This document shows, one piece after another, positions 49,377 to 58,902 of a stretch of 64,000 nt of DNA. How positions within the stretch are numbered: the stretch's first letter is position 1; each line of letters begins with the position of its first letter. This DNA is from Hyphomicrobiales bacterium (GTDB lineage Bacteria > Pseudomonadota > Alphaproteobacteria > Rhizobiales > Beijerinckiaceae). The notes below the pieces were generated by a model, which did not search any database, was not told the DNA's origin, and was given only the letters and a program-made list of their open reading frames with translations. The stretch covers positions 716 to 64,715 of the forward strand of contig JAFAHO010000060.1 in NCBI GenBank assembly GCA_019237205.1, read 5' to 3'. The translations under genes and the position numbers were made by a program.

Positions 49377-50086
49377 CTATGGAGCTTCTCAAGGTCGAGA
49401 ATCTGTCAGTGTCTTACGGCCTGAGCCGCGTCCTCCACGACGTCTCGCTGGCGGTGAACAGCGGGGAGCTTGTCTCGCTGATTGGTCGAAATGGCGTCGG
49501 GAAGTCGACGACCATGAGAGGGATCATGGGGCTACAACCTCCGAGGGGTGGCTCGATCCTCTGGAAGGGAAAACAGATCGTCAGGAGGGCGGCACATCGC
49601 AATGCGCGCGATGGCATCGGGTACGTTCCCGAAGATCGGCGAATCTTCAGTGAATTGAGCGTTTGGGAGAATTTGGATGTCGCGCGCTTGCCGGCCCGCG
49701 GGGGCCAGACTCCATGGGACGAGGATCGTGTCTTCGCGCTCTTTCCCGATCTTCAGCAGTTCCGTGATCGTGCGGGGGGACTGTTGAGCGGCGGGCAGCA
49801 GCAGATGCTGACCATCGGCCGTACCCTGATGGGCAACCCCGAGCTTCTTCTCCTCGATGAGCCATCAGAAGGGGTCGCGCCTTTGGTGGTCAGACAGATC
49901 GAGCGAAAGATCCAGGAGTTGAAGCAGGCCGGACTGTCCATCGTGCTCGCGGAGCAGAACCTGGGCTTCGTGCTGGCGCTCAGCGACCGCTGCTACGTTC
50001 TCGAAAAGGGAGCAGTAGTGTTTTCGGGAACCGCGCGGGAGCTTGGCCGGAACCAGGATATCCAGGATCGGTATCTCCACGTGTAG
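49373..50086 (+). CDS. livF: ABC ATP-binding subunit
   Basis: GRNGVGKST, YVPEDR, LSGGQQQM, LDEPSEG. Confidence 0.92.
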   Translation: MTMELLKVENLSVSYGLSRVLHDVSLAVNSGELVSLIGRNGVGKSTTMRGIMGLQPPRGGSILWKGKQIVRRAAHRNARDGIGYVPEDRRIFSELSVWENLDVARLPARGGQTPWDEDRVFALFPDLQQFRDRAGGLLSGGQQQMLTIGRTLMGNPELLLLDEPSEGVAPLVVRQIERKIQELKQAGLSIVLAEQNLGFVLALSDRCYVLEKGAVVFSGTARELGRNQDIQDRYLHV

Positions 50087-50122
50087 ATTCGTGGTGCGAC
50101 CGCTTCCGCCTCGCCGCTTCCA

Positions 50123-51268
50123 TCAAACGTATTCTCTGCCGAACAGCTGACGCGCAATTATCAGCTTCTGAATTTGCGGCGTGCCGTCGGCAATCAGTTG
50201 TCCCGCGACATCGCGAAGCCTCTGCTCGACGGCAAAATCCTGCGTGTAGCCATAGTGGCCATGCAACACTAGACAGTCCTGAATGGCCCCCATGCAGATT
50301 TCCGGGATGAATCCTTTGCACATCGCGGCTTCCGCGTTGTGAGGGAGGCCCTGGTCGCGCAGCCATAGTGTGCGGTAGCAATGCCAGCGAGCCATGGTGA
50401 GGCGCGTGTGCCATTCGGCCACCGGAAATGAAACGCCCTGATTGCGCGTGATCGGTTGACCAAAAGCGATGCGGCTCTTGGTGTATTCGATCGTCTCTTC
50501 GAGGGAGATCTGCGCGGCCCCAATGCACATGAGTCCGATAAGCGCCCGCGTGTATTCAAACGTCTGCATGACGCGGGAGAAGGCTCCATTTTCGGGCCCG
50601 ATCATATTTTCCGAAGGCACTTCCACATCGTCGAGAAAGAGCGATCCACGCACGATGCCTTTTGCCCCCATATCTGAATATCGCGAGCGCGATACGCCAG
50701 CGGAGTGGAACGGAACGAGGAAGGCGGACACTCCGCGCGCCCCGGCATTCGGATCGGTCTTCGCGAATACGATGCCGGCGTGCCCGGCCATCAAAAGGGT
50801 GATTGCGGATTTCTCGCCACGGATGACGTAGTGGTCGCCCCGACGCTCAGCCTTGGTGCGAATCGCGGCTGCGTCCGACCCGCAATGCGGCTCCGTCAGG
50901 CAGACGCAAAGCACTTTCTCGCCCGAAGCCATCCCCGGCAACCATTCGCGCTGCACGGATTGCGACGCGTGCTGGCCAAGAAGGTCGCCGGCAAATGAGC
51001 TGTTCAAAATGCCGTAGCAACAGTTGAAGTCGCCCCGGGCGGCTTCCTCAATGGCGAGGCCGGCAGTGACGCAATCGAGGTTCTGCCCGCCATAGGCTTC
51101 AGGCACGCGCAGCCCCAGCAGGCCAACTGCGCCCATTTTGCGCCAGATCTCGGCAGGAAATTCGCCCGTCCTGTCCCAGTGAGCATATTTGGGGCGCAAT
51201 TCCCTTGCGGCGAACTCACGGAGGGAATCGCGCACCAGTTCCTGTTCCGGCGTGAGCGCGAAATCCAT
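50123..51268 (-). CDS. Second AliB/CHC-CoA dehydrogenase-like ACAD
   Basis: LTEPHCGSDAA, GEKSAI, RGSLFL, RALIGL, GLPHNAEAAMCK, HGHYGY, IADGT; start MDFAL at 51268. Confidence 0.85.
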   Translation of the reverse strand: MDFALTPEQELVRDSLREFAARELRPKYAHWDRTGEFPAEIWRKMGAVGLLGLRVPEAYGGQNLDCVTAGLAIEEAARGDFNCCYGILNSSFAGDLLGQHASQSVQREWLPGMASGEKVLCVCLTEPHCGSDAAAIRTKAERRGDHYVIRGEKSAITLLMAGHAGIVFAKTDPNAGARGVSAFLVPFHSAGVSRSRYSDMGAKGIVRGSLFLDDVEVPSENMIGPENGAFSRVMQTFEYTRALIGLMCIGAAQISLEETIEYTKSRIAFGQPITRNQGVSFPVAEWHTRLTMARWHCYRTLWLRDQGLPHNAEAAMCKGFIPEICMGAIQDCLVLHGHYGYTQDFAVEQRLRDVAGQLIADGTPQIQKLIIARQLFGREYV

Positions 51269-51306
51269 GGCTGTGACCTCGGTAAGCCTGCTATTGGAAA
51301 GGCAAG

Positions 51307-51324
51307 TCGTATAGTAGCGTACGA
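51307..51324. promoter_or_regulatory. Operator motif A
   Basis: TCGTATA-GTAG-CGTACGA upstream of 51268(-). Confidence 0.7.
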
Positions 51325-51380
51325 CCGTACAACGAAGCTCGGTTCCGCGCAAGCTGCAAAGCATTGATCTCTGCACCAAG

Positions 51381-51395
51381 GTGATTCTCACTCAT
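51381..51395. promoter_or_regulatory. Operator motif B, weaker copy
   Basis: Reverse complement ATGAGTGAGAATCAC, 12/15 to the 51526 site. Confidence 0.45.
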
Positions 51396-51517
51396 GTTCT
51401 ATCGTGCCGAACGAGCGAGTGGCTTTCTGGGGAAGGATATGTCCAAAAGTCGCCGAAATTCGGGGACATCCCATTCGTCGGGGGATTCGCCCAAAGGCTT
51501 CACGGCGTTTTTTTGAC

Positions 51518-51546
51518 TTGACGTAGTGAGTGAGACTTACTATGGT
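51518..51546 (+). promoter_or_regulatory. Sigma70 promoter with operator motif B in the spacer
   Basis: TTGACG-N17-TATGGT; GTGAGTGAGACTTACTA at 51526..51542. Confidence 0.72.
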
Positions 51547-51584
51547 CGCCGGAGATTGGGGACGCGTTCGCCGAGGAGCTCGGG

Positions 51585-52733
51585 ATGGAAGACGTGCTGG
51601 ACCTGTTTGAGGACGTCGCCGCGGATTCCCTCGGCTACGCTCGGCGGTGGAAAGAGGAAACCGGCGGCCGAGTGATCGGCGTGCTGCCGATGCATTTTCC
51701 GGCCGAGCTTGCGCACGCAGCGGGAGCCCTCCCAGTTATCCTGCAGGAGGACGAAGAGCCGATCACGATCGGCCATAAGAGCGTTTTCAATTTTTATTGC
51801 GGTTTCAATCGCAGTCTGATCGACCAGGCGTTGCGCGGGAAGTTCTCGGGCCTCGACGCGATCATGTTTGGCGATCACTGCGTCCAGCTGTTGGGCACCG
51901 CTGACGTAATTCGCGCCAACATCCCGGGGCTGCCGATCCTTTTCAACCAGCTTTGTTCGATCATCGATGCGGAATGGGCCCTGGCCGAGACGGAGCGGAC
52001 CTTTCAGCAGCTGTGGAAGGAACTTGAAACGCTCATCGGCCGGAAGATCGATGAAGCGGATGTCCGGGCGTCCATTCGTCTTTTCAATCGCGACCGTGGG
52101 CTCATGCGGCGACTCTACGACTTGCGCCGCAATGGGCAGATCGCCTTGAGTGCGCGTCAAATGCAGGCAGTAGTCAAATCGTCGATGGTGATGGACAAGG
52201 CGCAGCATTGTGCGCTTCTCGAGAGGTTCCTTACCCAGAAGCGCTCGGAGCCTTCAGCCGTCAGGTCGGTCAGGGTGTTTCTGTCCGGTCACCTGTGTCA
52301 CGCGCCTAAGCTCGACATTCTCGACCTCATAGAAACATGCGGCGGGCGAGTTGTGGATGACGACTTGTACCACGGCTTCCGCTTCATATTTGCGGACATC
52401 GACGAGCAGGCGCCGCCCGTTCGGGCGCTTGCGGATTGGTACTTGAGTCGGAATCGAAAAGTTCCCTGCCCAACGCGAGCGGTCAAGGGAGCGGACTGGG
52501 AGCAATACCTCCTGAAAGCGGTCGCCGATTGCCGGGCTGACGGACTTATTGTGCTCATGGCCAAGTTTTGTGAGCCCCACATGTTTTTCTATCCCGAAAT
52601 CAAGGAAGCCTTTGAACGGCGCGGCGTTCCCCATCTTCTGGTCGAGACGGAGCACGAAGGGGTTGCGCTCGAAGCGCTGAAAACTCGTCTCGAGACTTTC
52701 ATGGAGATAACCCGGCGCGCTGTCGCCGCGTGA
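51585..52733 (+). CDS. Benzoyl-CoA reductase BcrC/BzdN-like or 2-hydroxyacyl-CoA dehydratase subunit
   Basis: YARRWKEETGGRVIG, ELAHAAG, C in GDHC, VVDDD, PCPT, KFCEPH, VPHL, RLETF. Confidence 0.85.
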   Translation: MEDVLDLFEDVAADSLGYARRWKEETGGRVIGVLPMHFPAELAHAAGALPVILQEDEEPITIGHKSVFNFYCGFNRSLIDQALRGKFSGLDAIMFGDHCVQLLGTADVIRANIPGLPILFNQLCSIIDAEWALAETERTFQQLWKELETLIGRKIDEADVRASIRLFNRDRGLMRRLYDLRRNGQIALSARQMQAVVKSSMVMDKAQHCALLERFLTQKRSEPSAVRSVRVFLSGHLCHAPKLDILDLIETCGGRVVDDDLYHGFRFIFADIDEQAPPVRALADWYLSRNRKVPCPTRAVKGADWEQYLLKAVADCRADGLIVLMAKFCEPHMFFYPEIKEAFERRGVPHLLVETEHEGVALEALKTRLETFMEITRRAVAA

Positions 52734-52766
52734 CCGATCGTCACGGCAGGTACGGAGGAGAAGTTC

Positions 52767-54125
52767 ATGCTGAATCTTGTTGATCGCCCGGGCCCCAGTC
52801 CCATTTTCGGCAACGGAGAGCGGGCCAATAGGCTTCAGAGCACCCGCTTTGGCGGCAAACTCGTCAACGCGTACTGGGAGAGTTTGTTTCGCGCCAAAGA
52901 AGAGGGAAAGAAGGTCGTCTGGTACAACGGAACCTATATCCCGCCGTTTTTTCACGCCCACGATCTCGCCTGGGTTCACGGCGAGGCGTGGTCCGCCTAT
53001 CTTGCGGCCAAGCATGGCGAGATGCCGGCGCAAAAGGCTGGAGAGCAGCGCGGATATGATCGCGAACTCTGCTCGTACGCGAGGACGCATATCGGTCAGG
53101 CGCTGATCGATCTCGGGAAACTTAAGGACGGGACGCTCGGAATTGCGCCCGACGATGAGCGCGCGGTCACCATGGCGAAGCTGCCGCCGCCGGACATGAT
53201 CATCAACGCTTATCCCTATTGCAGTTCGGGACAGCAGTGGGACGACATCACCTATCGGCTGTTTGGCAAGAAGGTGCCAATGTTCACCGTCTCGATCCCC
53301 TTGCTATGGGGCGGGCGGCCGGACGCAGGATATCTGCGCGGCGAGGAGTGGGAACAACGCTCTCGCTATGTCGCGGATCAGTTAGTCGCCATGACCCGGT
53401 TCCTCGAGGAGCATACCGGACGAAAATACAACTTTGACCGGCTAAGCGAAGTCATGGGCTACGTCAAAAAAGCTGCGCGGCTTCGATTGGAGGCTATGGA
53501 CCTTTGTACAGCGACTCCCTCGCCGGCGAGCTTTTTCGACTGGATCGTCAGCATTGCTCCGGTGAACTTTCTCCCCGGCGATCAGAACCTGGTCACGTAC
53601 TTCGAAGGCGTAAAGGCGGAGATCAAAGAGAGGGCGGAGCGGGGCATCGGCGCAGTCAAGGACGAGAAGTACCGGCTCTTCTTCGACGGGATGATGAACT
53701 GGAACAAGGTTGGCTGGCTTGCGGACAAATTCGCGGCGGTCAATGCCTGTGTCGTCGCAGGACGTTATACTCACATGTCGTTCTGGCAGGAGCCGGAATT
53801 GATCGATCTCGACGAACCTGTCCTGGGCATGGCGCAGAACTACCTGATCTGCCCCAACAATCATGGCGCTCCGATCATGATCGGAGAGATCGAGCGAATT
53901 TGCGACAAGTTTGGAATTGGTGGAATGGTGATGCACGCCTCGCGCACCTGTCGAGGCATGACCAATTCCCAGTTCCTCATTGCCGAGTCGGCGAAACGGA
54001 ACGGGCGGCAGGCTCTGTTCTTCGAGGGCGATGTCGCTGACGAGTCTTTCTATAAGGACGAATTGCTGAACACTCGACTCGAGGCGATGATTGAGTCGAT
54101 GGAGGCGCAACGGCGCGCGGCCTGA
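52767..54125 (+). CDS. Benzoyl-CoA reductase BcrB/BzdO-like or 2-hydroxyacyl-CoA dehydratase subunit
   Basis: ELCSY, LPPPD, YPYC, PSP, EKYRL, SRTC (three putative cluster Cys), FEGD, RLEAM. Confidence 0.85.
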   Translation: MLNLVDRPGPSPIFGNGERANRLQSTRFGGKLVNAYWESLFRAKEEGKKVVWYNGTYIPPFFHAHDLAWVHGEAWSAYLAAKHGEMPAQKAGEQRGYDRELCSYARTHIGQALIDLGKLKDGTLGIAPDDERAVTMAKLPPPDMIINAYPYCSSGQQWDDITYRLFGKKVPMFTVSIPLLWGGRPDAGYLRGEEWEQRSRYVADQLVAMTRFLEEHTGRKYNFDRLSEVMGYVKKAARLRLEAMDLCTATPSPASFFDWIVSIAPVNFLPGDQNLVTYFEGVKAEIKERAERGIGAVKDEKYRLFFDGMMNWNKVGWLADKFAAVNACVVAGRYTHMSFWQEPELIDLDEPVLGMAQNYLICPNNHGAPIMIGEIERICDKFGIGGMVMHASRTCRGMTNSQFLIAESAKRNGRQALFFEGDVADESFYKDELLNTRLEAMIESMEAQRRAA

Positions 54126-54474
54126 ATCGAACCGTGGCTTCGCGTTGGCGCCCGGCGCGCGTGGCCTCGACGGTTGGGTTCCTCTGATGGCCTCGCGACC
54201 TAGGCGCTTTGAACATTGGTCGAGGCCGATGGGAGAAGCGCGCGTTGGCGAGTCCGTGAGCCGCGGTTGGCCCTCGACTGAAGCACCTGCGTCCGGGATC
54301 AGGGGTCGCTTTCCATCTGCCGCAGGGAGCGAGCAAATCGCCGCTCCCCGGCCCGCATCGCGATTCTGTCTGACGTTAGTTGGACGTCCCGGGCTGTCCT
54401 CGAAAAATTCTTGGAAGCGTGGCGGCAGAGCGCGAAACCAGCGTGAATTTCGCCGGCTCCATATGCGAGAGCGC

Positions 54475-54503
54475 TTGCATTTCGTACGGTAACGTACTAT
54501 TGT
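54475..54503 (+). promoter_or_regulatory. Sigma70 promoter with operator motif A in the spacer
   Basis: TTGCAT-N17-TATTGT; TCGTACG-GTAA-CGTACTA at 54482..54499. Confidence 0.75.
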
Positions 54504-54537
54504 TCGGTCAATCCTTGGGAGGAGGCCGCACGGAGTC

Positions 54538-55335
54538 ATGGGCGAAACGAAGACCTGGAACACGCGGCCTCTCAACGAATGTAGTGTGTTGATCACCGGC
54601 GGGACTTCTGGCGTAGGATTGGCGACCGCGGTCCGCTTCGCAGAAGCCGGGAGCCCCGCGATTGGCATTGTTGGCAGGAATCGGGAGCGCGGCGAATCCG
54701 CGATGCGGAAGGTTCGTGAGAAAGCCCCACGTTCGCAGGTTCGTTTTTTCCCGGGCGACTGCAATTTGGCAGACCAGGCGACCGTCGTCTGCGAGGCGGC
54801 GCAACAGGAATTTGGCCGCCTCGACGTATTGGTCAATTCGACGACTGGCTCCTATGCTCCAAAGCTTCTGCACAAGACCGGTCTCGATGAGATTCAGAGT
54901 GTTCTCTTCGAGCAAATCATGGCGCCGTTGCTGACAAGCCGGATCGTCCTTCCCTTCATGACTGCGCAAGGCGGAGGCGCGATCGTCAATGTCGCGTCGG
55001 ACGCAGCGAAGGTGGCGACGCCCGGCGAGACGGTCCTCTCTGCGGCAATGGCCGGCATCGTGATGTTCTCCCGGACGCTTGCGATAGAGGCCAAGCGAAA
55101 CGGCATCCGGGTCAATGTCGTGACCCCATCGATTATTGAGGGCACCGCGACCCGCGACAAAGTGATGGGTGACGAATTCGCCGGCAAGCTGTTCGGGAAG
55201 GCGATCAAACTTGCGCATCTCGGAGTTGTCAACGCCTACGATATGGCCGACCTGATCGTCTTCCTCGCGAGCCCGCAGGCGGCCAAGATTTCCGGTCAGG
55301 CGATAAGTCTGAACGGAGGAATCTCTGCGGCATGA
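54538..55335 (+). CDS. Atypical SDR, BadH-like, catalytic YxxxK replaced by LxxxM
   Basis: TGGTSGVG, NVASDAAKV, ETVLSAAMAG, ISGQAISLNGG. Confidence 0.82.
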   Translation: MGETKTWNTRPLNECSVLITGGTSGVGLATAVRFAEAGSPAIGIVGRNRERGESAMRKVREKAPRSQVRFFPGDCNLADQATVVCEAAQQEFGRLDVLVNSTTGSYAPKLLHKTGLDEIQSVLFEQIMAPLLTSRIVLPFMTAQGGGAIVNVASDAAKVATPGETVLSAAMAGIVMFSRTLAIEAKRNGIRVNVVTPSIIEGTATRDKVMGDEFAGKLFGKAIKLAHLGVVNAYDMADLIVFLASPQAAKISGQAISLNGGISAA

Positions 55336-55388
55336 GAGTCCATGAAGCGCCTTGATATCGAAGTGACGTCCGAGAGTTGGGTGGGACA

Positions 55389-56297
55389 ATGAAGCAAGCG
55401 ACTGCCCTCGCCGCGTCCGCGTCGCGGACGACCTATGATTCGATCTTTCGCCCCAAGCTCTTCGACCAACGGACGATAATCGTTACCGGGGGCGGCAGCG
55501 GCATCGGCCGTTGCATCGCGCACGAGCTCGCGTCTCTCGGCGCGAGCGTCATCCTCCTGGGCCGTACGTCCAACAAACTGGACACCGTCGCACGAGAGAT
55601 TGAAGAGGATGGCGGCCAAGCGATGGCCCATGTCTGTGATATTCGCGACGAGGTCCAAGTGGCAGGGGCTATCGAGGCTGCGCTCGCCTGGCGAGGCGGA
55701 ATTGACGGGCTCGTCAACAACGCCGGCGGTCAGTATCGCGCCGCCATGCGGACAATTACAACCAAGGGATTTGAGGCTGTTGTCCGCAACAATCTCACCG
55801 GAGGGTTCGTCTTCATGCGGGAGGTCTACAATCGCTGGATGGCTGGGCACGGCGGCGCGATCGTCAATATCATCGCCGATATCTGGAACGGCTGGCCAGA
55901 ATTCGCGCATTCCGGCGCGGCGCGCGGCGGCATGCTGACTTTGACCGAGACCGCGGCTTACGAGTGGGCGTCGTCGGGAGTCCGGGTCAATGCGGTTGCG
56001 CCAGGCGGCATCGCGTCCAGCGGATTTGATACCTATACGCCGGAGATGCGCGAGCGACTGTTCGACTACACGCATCGCATCCCCGCTCAGCGTTTCGGGA
56101 CCGAAGCTGAAGTCTCGGCCGCCGTAGTCTTCCTGCTTTCTCCGGCTGCGGCCTACATCACCGGCTCCTGCCTGCGCGTGGATGGCGGGGCGCCAAACGC
56201 GCGGCAAACCGGTCAACTGGAGCCCCACGCGAACAGTTCACCCTTCGAGGGCTTCCATCGCTCGAGCTTACCGGAAGTGCTCAAGCTTCGGCGCTGA
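55389..56297 (+). CDS. SDR, AtuB / trans-2-enoyl-CoA reductase-like
   Basis: SIFRP, TGGGSGIGRCIAHELA, NNAGGQY, HSGAAR, RFGTEAEVS. Confidence 0.82.
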   Translation: MKQATALAASASRTTYDSIFRPKLFDQRTIIVTGGGSGIGRCIAHELASLGASVILLGRTSNKLDTVAREIEEDGGQAMAHVCDIRDEVQVAGAIEAALAWRGGIDGLVNNAGGQYRAAMRTITTKGFEAVVRNNLTGGFVFMREVYNRWMAGHGGAIVNIIADIWNGWPEFAHSGAARGGMLTLTETAAYEWASSGVRVNAVAPGGIASSGFDTYTPEMRERLFDYTHRIPAQRFGTEAEVSAAVVFLLSPAAAYITGSCLRVDGGAPNARQTGQLEPHANSSPFEGFHRSSLPEVLKLRR

Positions 56298-56367
56298 CCA
56301 GGACGATAGTTGTGGAGTGCAATTCTCGCCAGAACCGCGAATCCAGCGGTCCAAATAGGAGGGAACG

Positions 56368-58026
56368 TTGAGCGCAGCCAGGTTCTCCGTCTCGTACCAT
56401 CCGGCCGATCCCGGTCCGCCCCTCTGGGAGATGACCGTCGGCGATATGATGGAGAAGATTGCGACCGCATGGCCTGATCGTACGGCCCTGGTCGAGGGAG
56501 TTTCGGACCCATCGAAGCGGCGACGGTGGACCTTCCGTCAGTTGGTTGATCAATCGAAGTCGCTTGCGCGAGCTCTGCTGAAGCGGTTCGAGGTTGGCGA
56601 CAGGATTGGGCTGCTGGCCCCTGAAACGCCCGAGTGGATGCTTTTCCAGCATGCCTTGAGCTACGCTGGACTGATCATCGTGCCGGTCAATCCAACCTAT
56701 ACAGAGCGGGAACTCGAGTTCGTGTTGCAAAACTCTGGAGCCCGGGGCTTGGTCTTCGCCGAGGCGTCACGCAATAGAGCGCTCCGACCCGTGGTTGAGG
56801 CGATACGTCCGAAGCTGCCGGAATTGCGGGAGACGATCTCGCTCGATGAGATCGGAGATCTGCTTGCACAATCCGACCCGTCGGTCGCGTTACCTCAGCT
56901 TGATCCCAGAGCCACCATGCAAATTCAATACACATCCGGCACAACGGGCCAACCCAAAGGCGCCTGCCTACACCATATGGCGGTGGTCAACACCGCGCGA
57001 CAGATCGCCGATCGCGCTGACTTTCCAGAGGGCGGAGTCTGGATCAATGCGATGCCGATGTTTCATATCGGCGGGGGCATCGTCAGTCAGATCGGCACGT
57101 TCAGTCACGCCGGCACATTTGTGCTCATGCAAGCCTTCGAGCCCGGCCTTTTCCTTGAGCTAATCGAATCGGAGCAGTGTAACAATTCGCTGATCGTACC
57201 GACGATGATTCTCGCGCTGCTCAATCATCCCGACATGAAAACGCGCGACGTGTCGAGCTTCAAATCCATTCTTTCCGGAGCATCCAACGTACCCGCCGCT
57301 CTGGTCATGCGCGCCAAACAGGAATTCAACTGCAATTTCTGCATCATGTATGGCCAGACTGAGAGCAACGGTCCATTTCTCGAGACTTCGACGAGCGATC
57401 CGGTCGAACGGCAGACCGAGACGATCGGTCGCCCGACGCCCCACATTGAGGTGATGATCGCCAACATCGAGACCTCAAAGCCGCAGCCACTCAATACCGT
57501 AGGCGAAATCTGGGTTCGTGGCTTCCTCACGATGTCCGGCTATTACGGGATGCCGGAGGCGAGCGCCGCTGCGCTCACAAGCGAAGGCTGGCTGAGGACT
57601 GGCGACCTCGGCAGGATGGATGAGGACGGTTACTTTAAGATCACCGGTCGACTGAAGGAGATGATCATCCGCGGGGGCATGAACCTCTATCCCAAGGAAA
57701 TCGAGGACGTCATCTTCCAGCACCCGAAAGTCGGGCAGATCGCGGTTGTCGGGTTGCCAGACGAGAGCTGGGGCGAAATCGTCGCTGCTGTGGTGCAGCC
57801 AAAGGCGTCGGAGACAATTACGGCAGACGAACTCTACGCCTACTGCCGGAAATACCTGTCGCCGCAGAAGACGCCGGAGCGCTGGTTCTTCGTCGATCAC
57901 TATCCGATGACCGCGACCGGGAAGATCCAAAAGAACAAATTGACCACTTCGATCCAGGAGGGCGAGATTCTTGCCGTGGATTGGCGAAAGCCGTCCGGAT
58001 CCGGCGCCCGCGCCACCTCGCTGTGA
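56368..58026 (+). CDS. Acyl-CoA synthetase (AMP-binding, FadD-like)
   Basis: YTSGTTGQPKG, YGQTE, LRTGDLG, GRLKEMIIRGG, GKIQK; TTG start. Confidence 0.92.
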   Translation: MSAARFSVSYHPADPGPPLWEMTVGDMMEKIATAWPDRTALVEGVSDPSKRRRWTFRQLVDQSKSLARALLKRFEVGDRIGLLAPETPEWMLFQHALSYAGLIIVPVNPTYTERELEFVLQNSGARGLVFAEASRNRALRPVVEAIRPKLPELRETISLDEIGDLLAQSDPSVALPQLDPRATMQIQYTSGTTGQPKGACLHHMAVVNTARQIADRADFPEGGVWINAMPMFHIGGGIVSQIGTFSHAGTFVLMQAFEPGLFLELIESEQCNNSLIVPTMILALLNHPDMKTRDVSSFKSILSGASNVPAALVMRAKQEFNCNFCIMYGQTESNGPFLETSTSDPVERQTETIGRPTPHIEVMIANIETSKPQPLNTVGEIWVRGFLTMSGYYGMPEASAAALTSEGWLRTGDLGRMDEDGYFKITGRLKEMIIRGGMNLYPKEIEDVIFQHPKVGQIAVVGLPDESWGEIVAAVVQPKASETITADELYAYCRKYLSPQKTPERWFFVDHYPMTATGKIQKNKLTTSIQEGEILAVDWRKPSGSGARATSL

Positions 58027-58817
58027 AGGTCGACGCCGGAGTTGCGAGGACACGACCGGTCGCGCTTGTGACGGGCGCGGGCGGAGGACTTGGCGCGGCA
58101 ATCGCCGTCGCACTTGCGAAGTCGGGTTTCGACCTGGCGCTGAATGATCTTGCTGAAAGCGAATCCCTTCGCAACGTTGTCGCGCGCGCTTCAGATCGCG
58201 GCGCCCGAGCCCAAATCTTCGCGCGCGATCTCGCGCAGATCGAAGAACTACCGAACTTCGTTGGATCTGTATGCGATGACTTCGGAGAGGTGGACTGTCT
58301 TGTCAACAACGCGGGCGTGTCAGTTCTCTCGCGCGGGGACATTCTGGATGTCGCCCCTACCAGCTTCGACCGCTGCATCGGCGTCAATCTGCGCGCCCAG
58401 TTCTTCTTGACGCAAGCGATGGCTCGCAGAATGGCCGCGCAAGCGGCCAACGGCCGACGGCGTTCGATCATCACGGTCACCAGCGTCGCCGTGGACGAGA
58501 TAGTCGGCGCCGCGCTCGCGGAATACAGCATCTCAAAGGCCGGTCTGTCGCACATGATCAAGCATTTCGCCGTGAGGCTCGCCCCGCTTGGCGTCGAGTG
58601 CTACGAACTGCGCCCTGGAATGATGAAAACCAACATGACGGGTTCTTCACGGAAGAAATACGACGACCTTATCGCTTCGGGATTCGTGGCGGCGAATCGC
58701 TGGGGGGAAGTCGACGAGATCGCCGAAACGGCGGCCAGTCTTGCGAGCGGCGCCCTTCGCTACACCGTTGGCCAGATCGTAAACGTCGACGGCGGGATGT
58801 GGCTCAAGACCTTCTGA
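58023..58817 (+). CDS. Classical SDR oxidoreductase
   Basis: TGAGGGLG, NNAG, YSISK; GTG start overlaps the ligase stop. Confidence 0.85.
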   Translation: MKVDAGVARTRPVALVTGAGGGLGAAIAVALAKSGFDLALNDLAESESLRNVVARASDRGARAQIFARDLAQIEELPNFVGSVCDDFGEVDCLVNNAGVSVLSRGDILDVAPTSFDRCIGVNLRAQFFLTQAMARRMAAQAANGRRRSIITVTSVAVDEIVGAALAEYSISKAGLSHMIKHFAVRLAPLGVECYELRPGMMKTNMTGSSRKKYDDLIASGFVAANRWGEVDEIAETAASLASGALRYTVGQIVNVDGGMWLKTF

Positions 58818-58902
58818 ACACGCGCGCCGAATCTAGTTGCAGCTCTCGATGGTGCCATTTGAAGAGACGACGTTTCGCGCCTTCACGTGCGGCGCGGCTC
58901 CT

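Noticed and set aside
54126-54470. Possible sRNA or small gene between bcrB-like and the SDR
   Set aside because: No RBS-supported ORF, recognisable RNA family or terminator seen.
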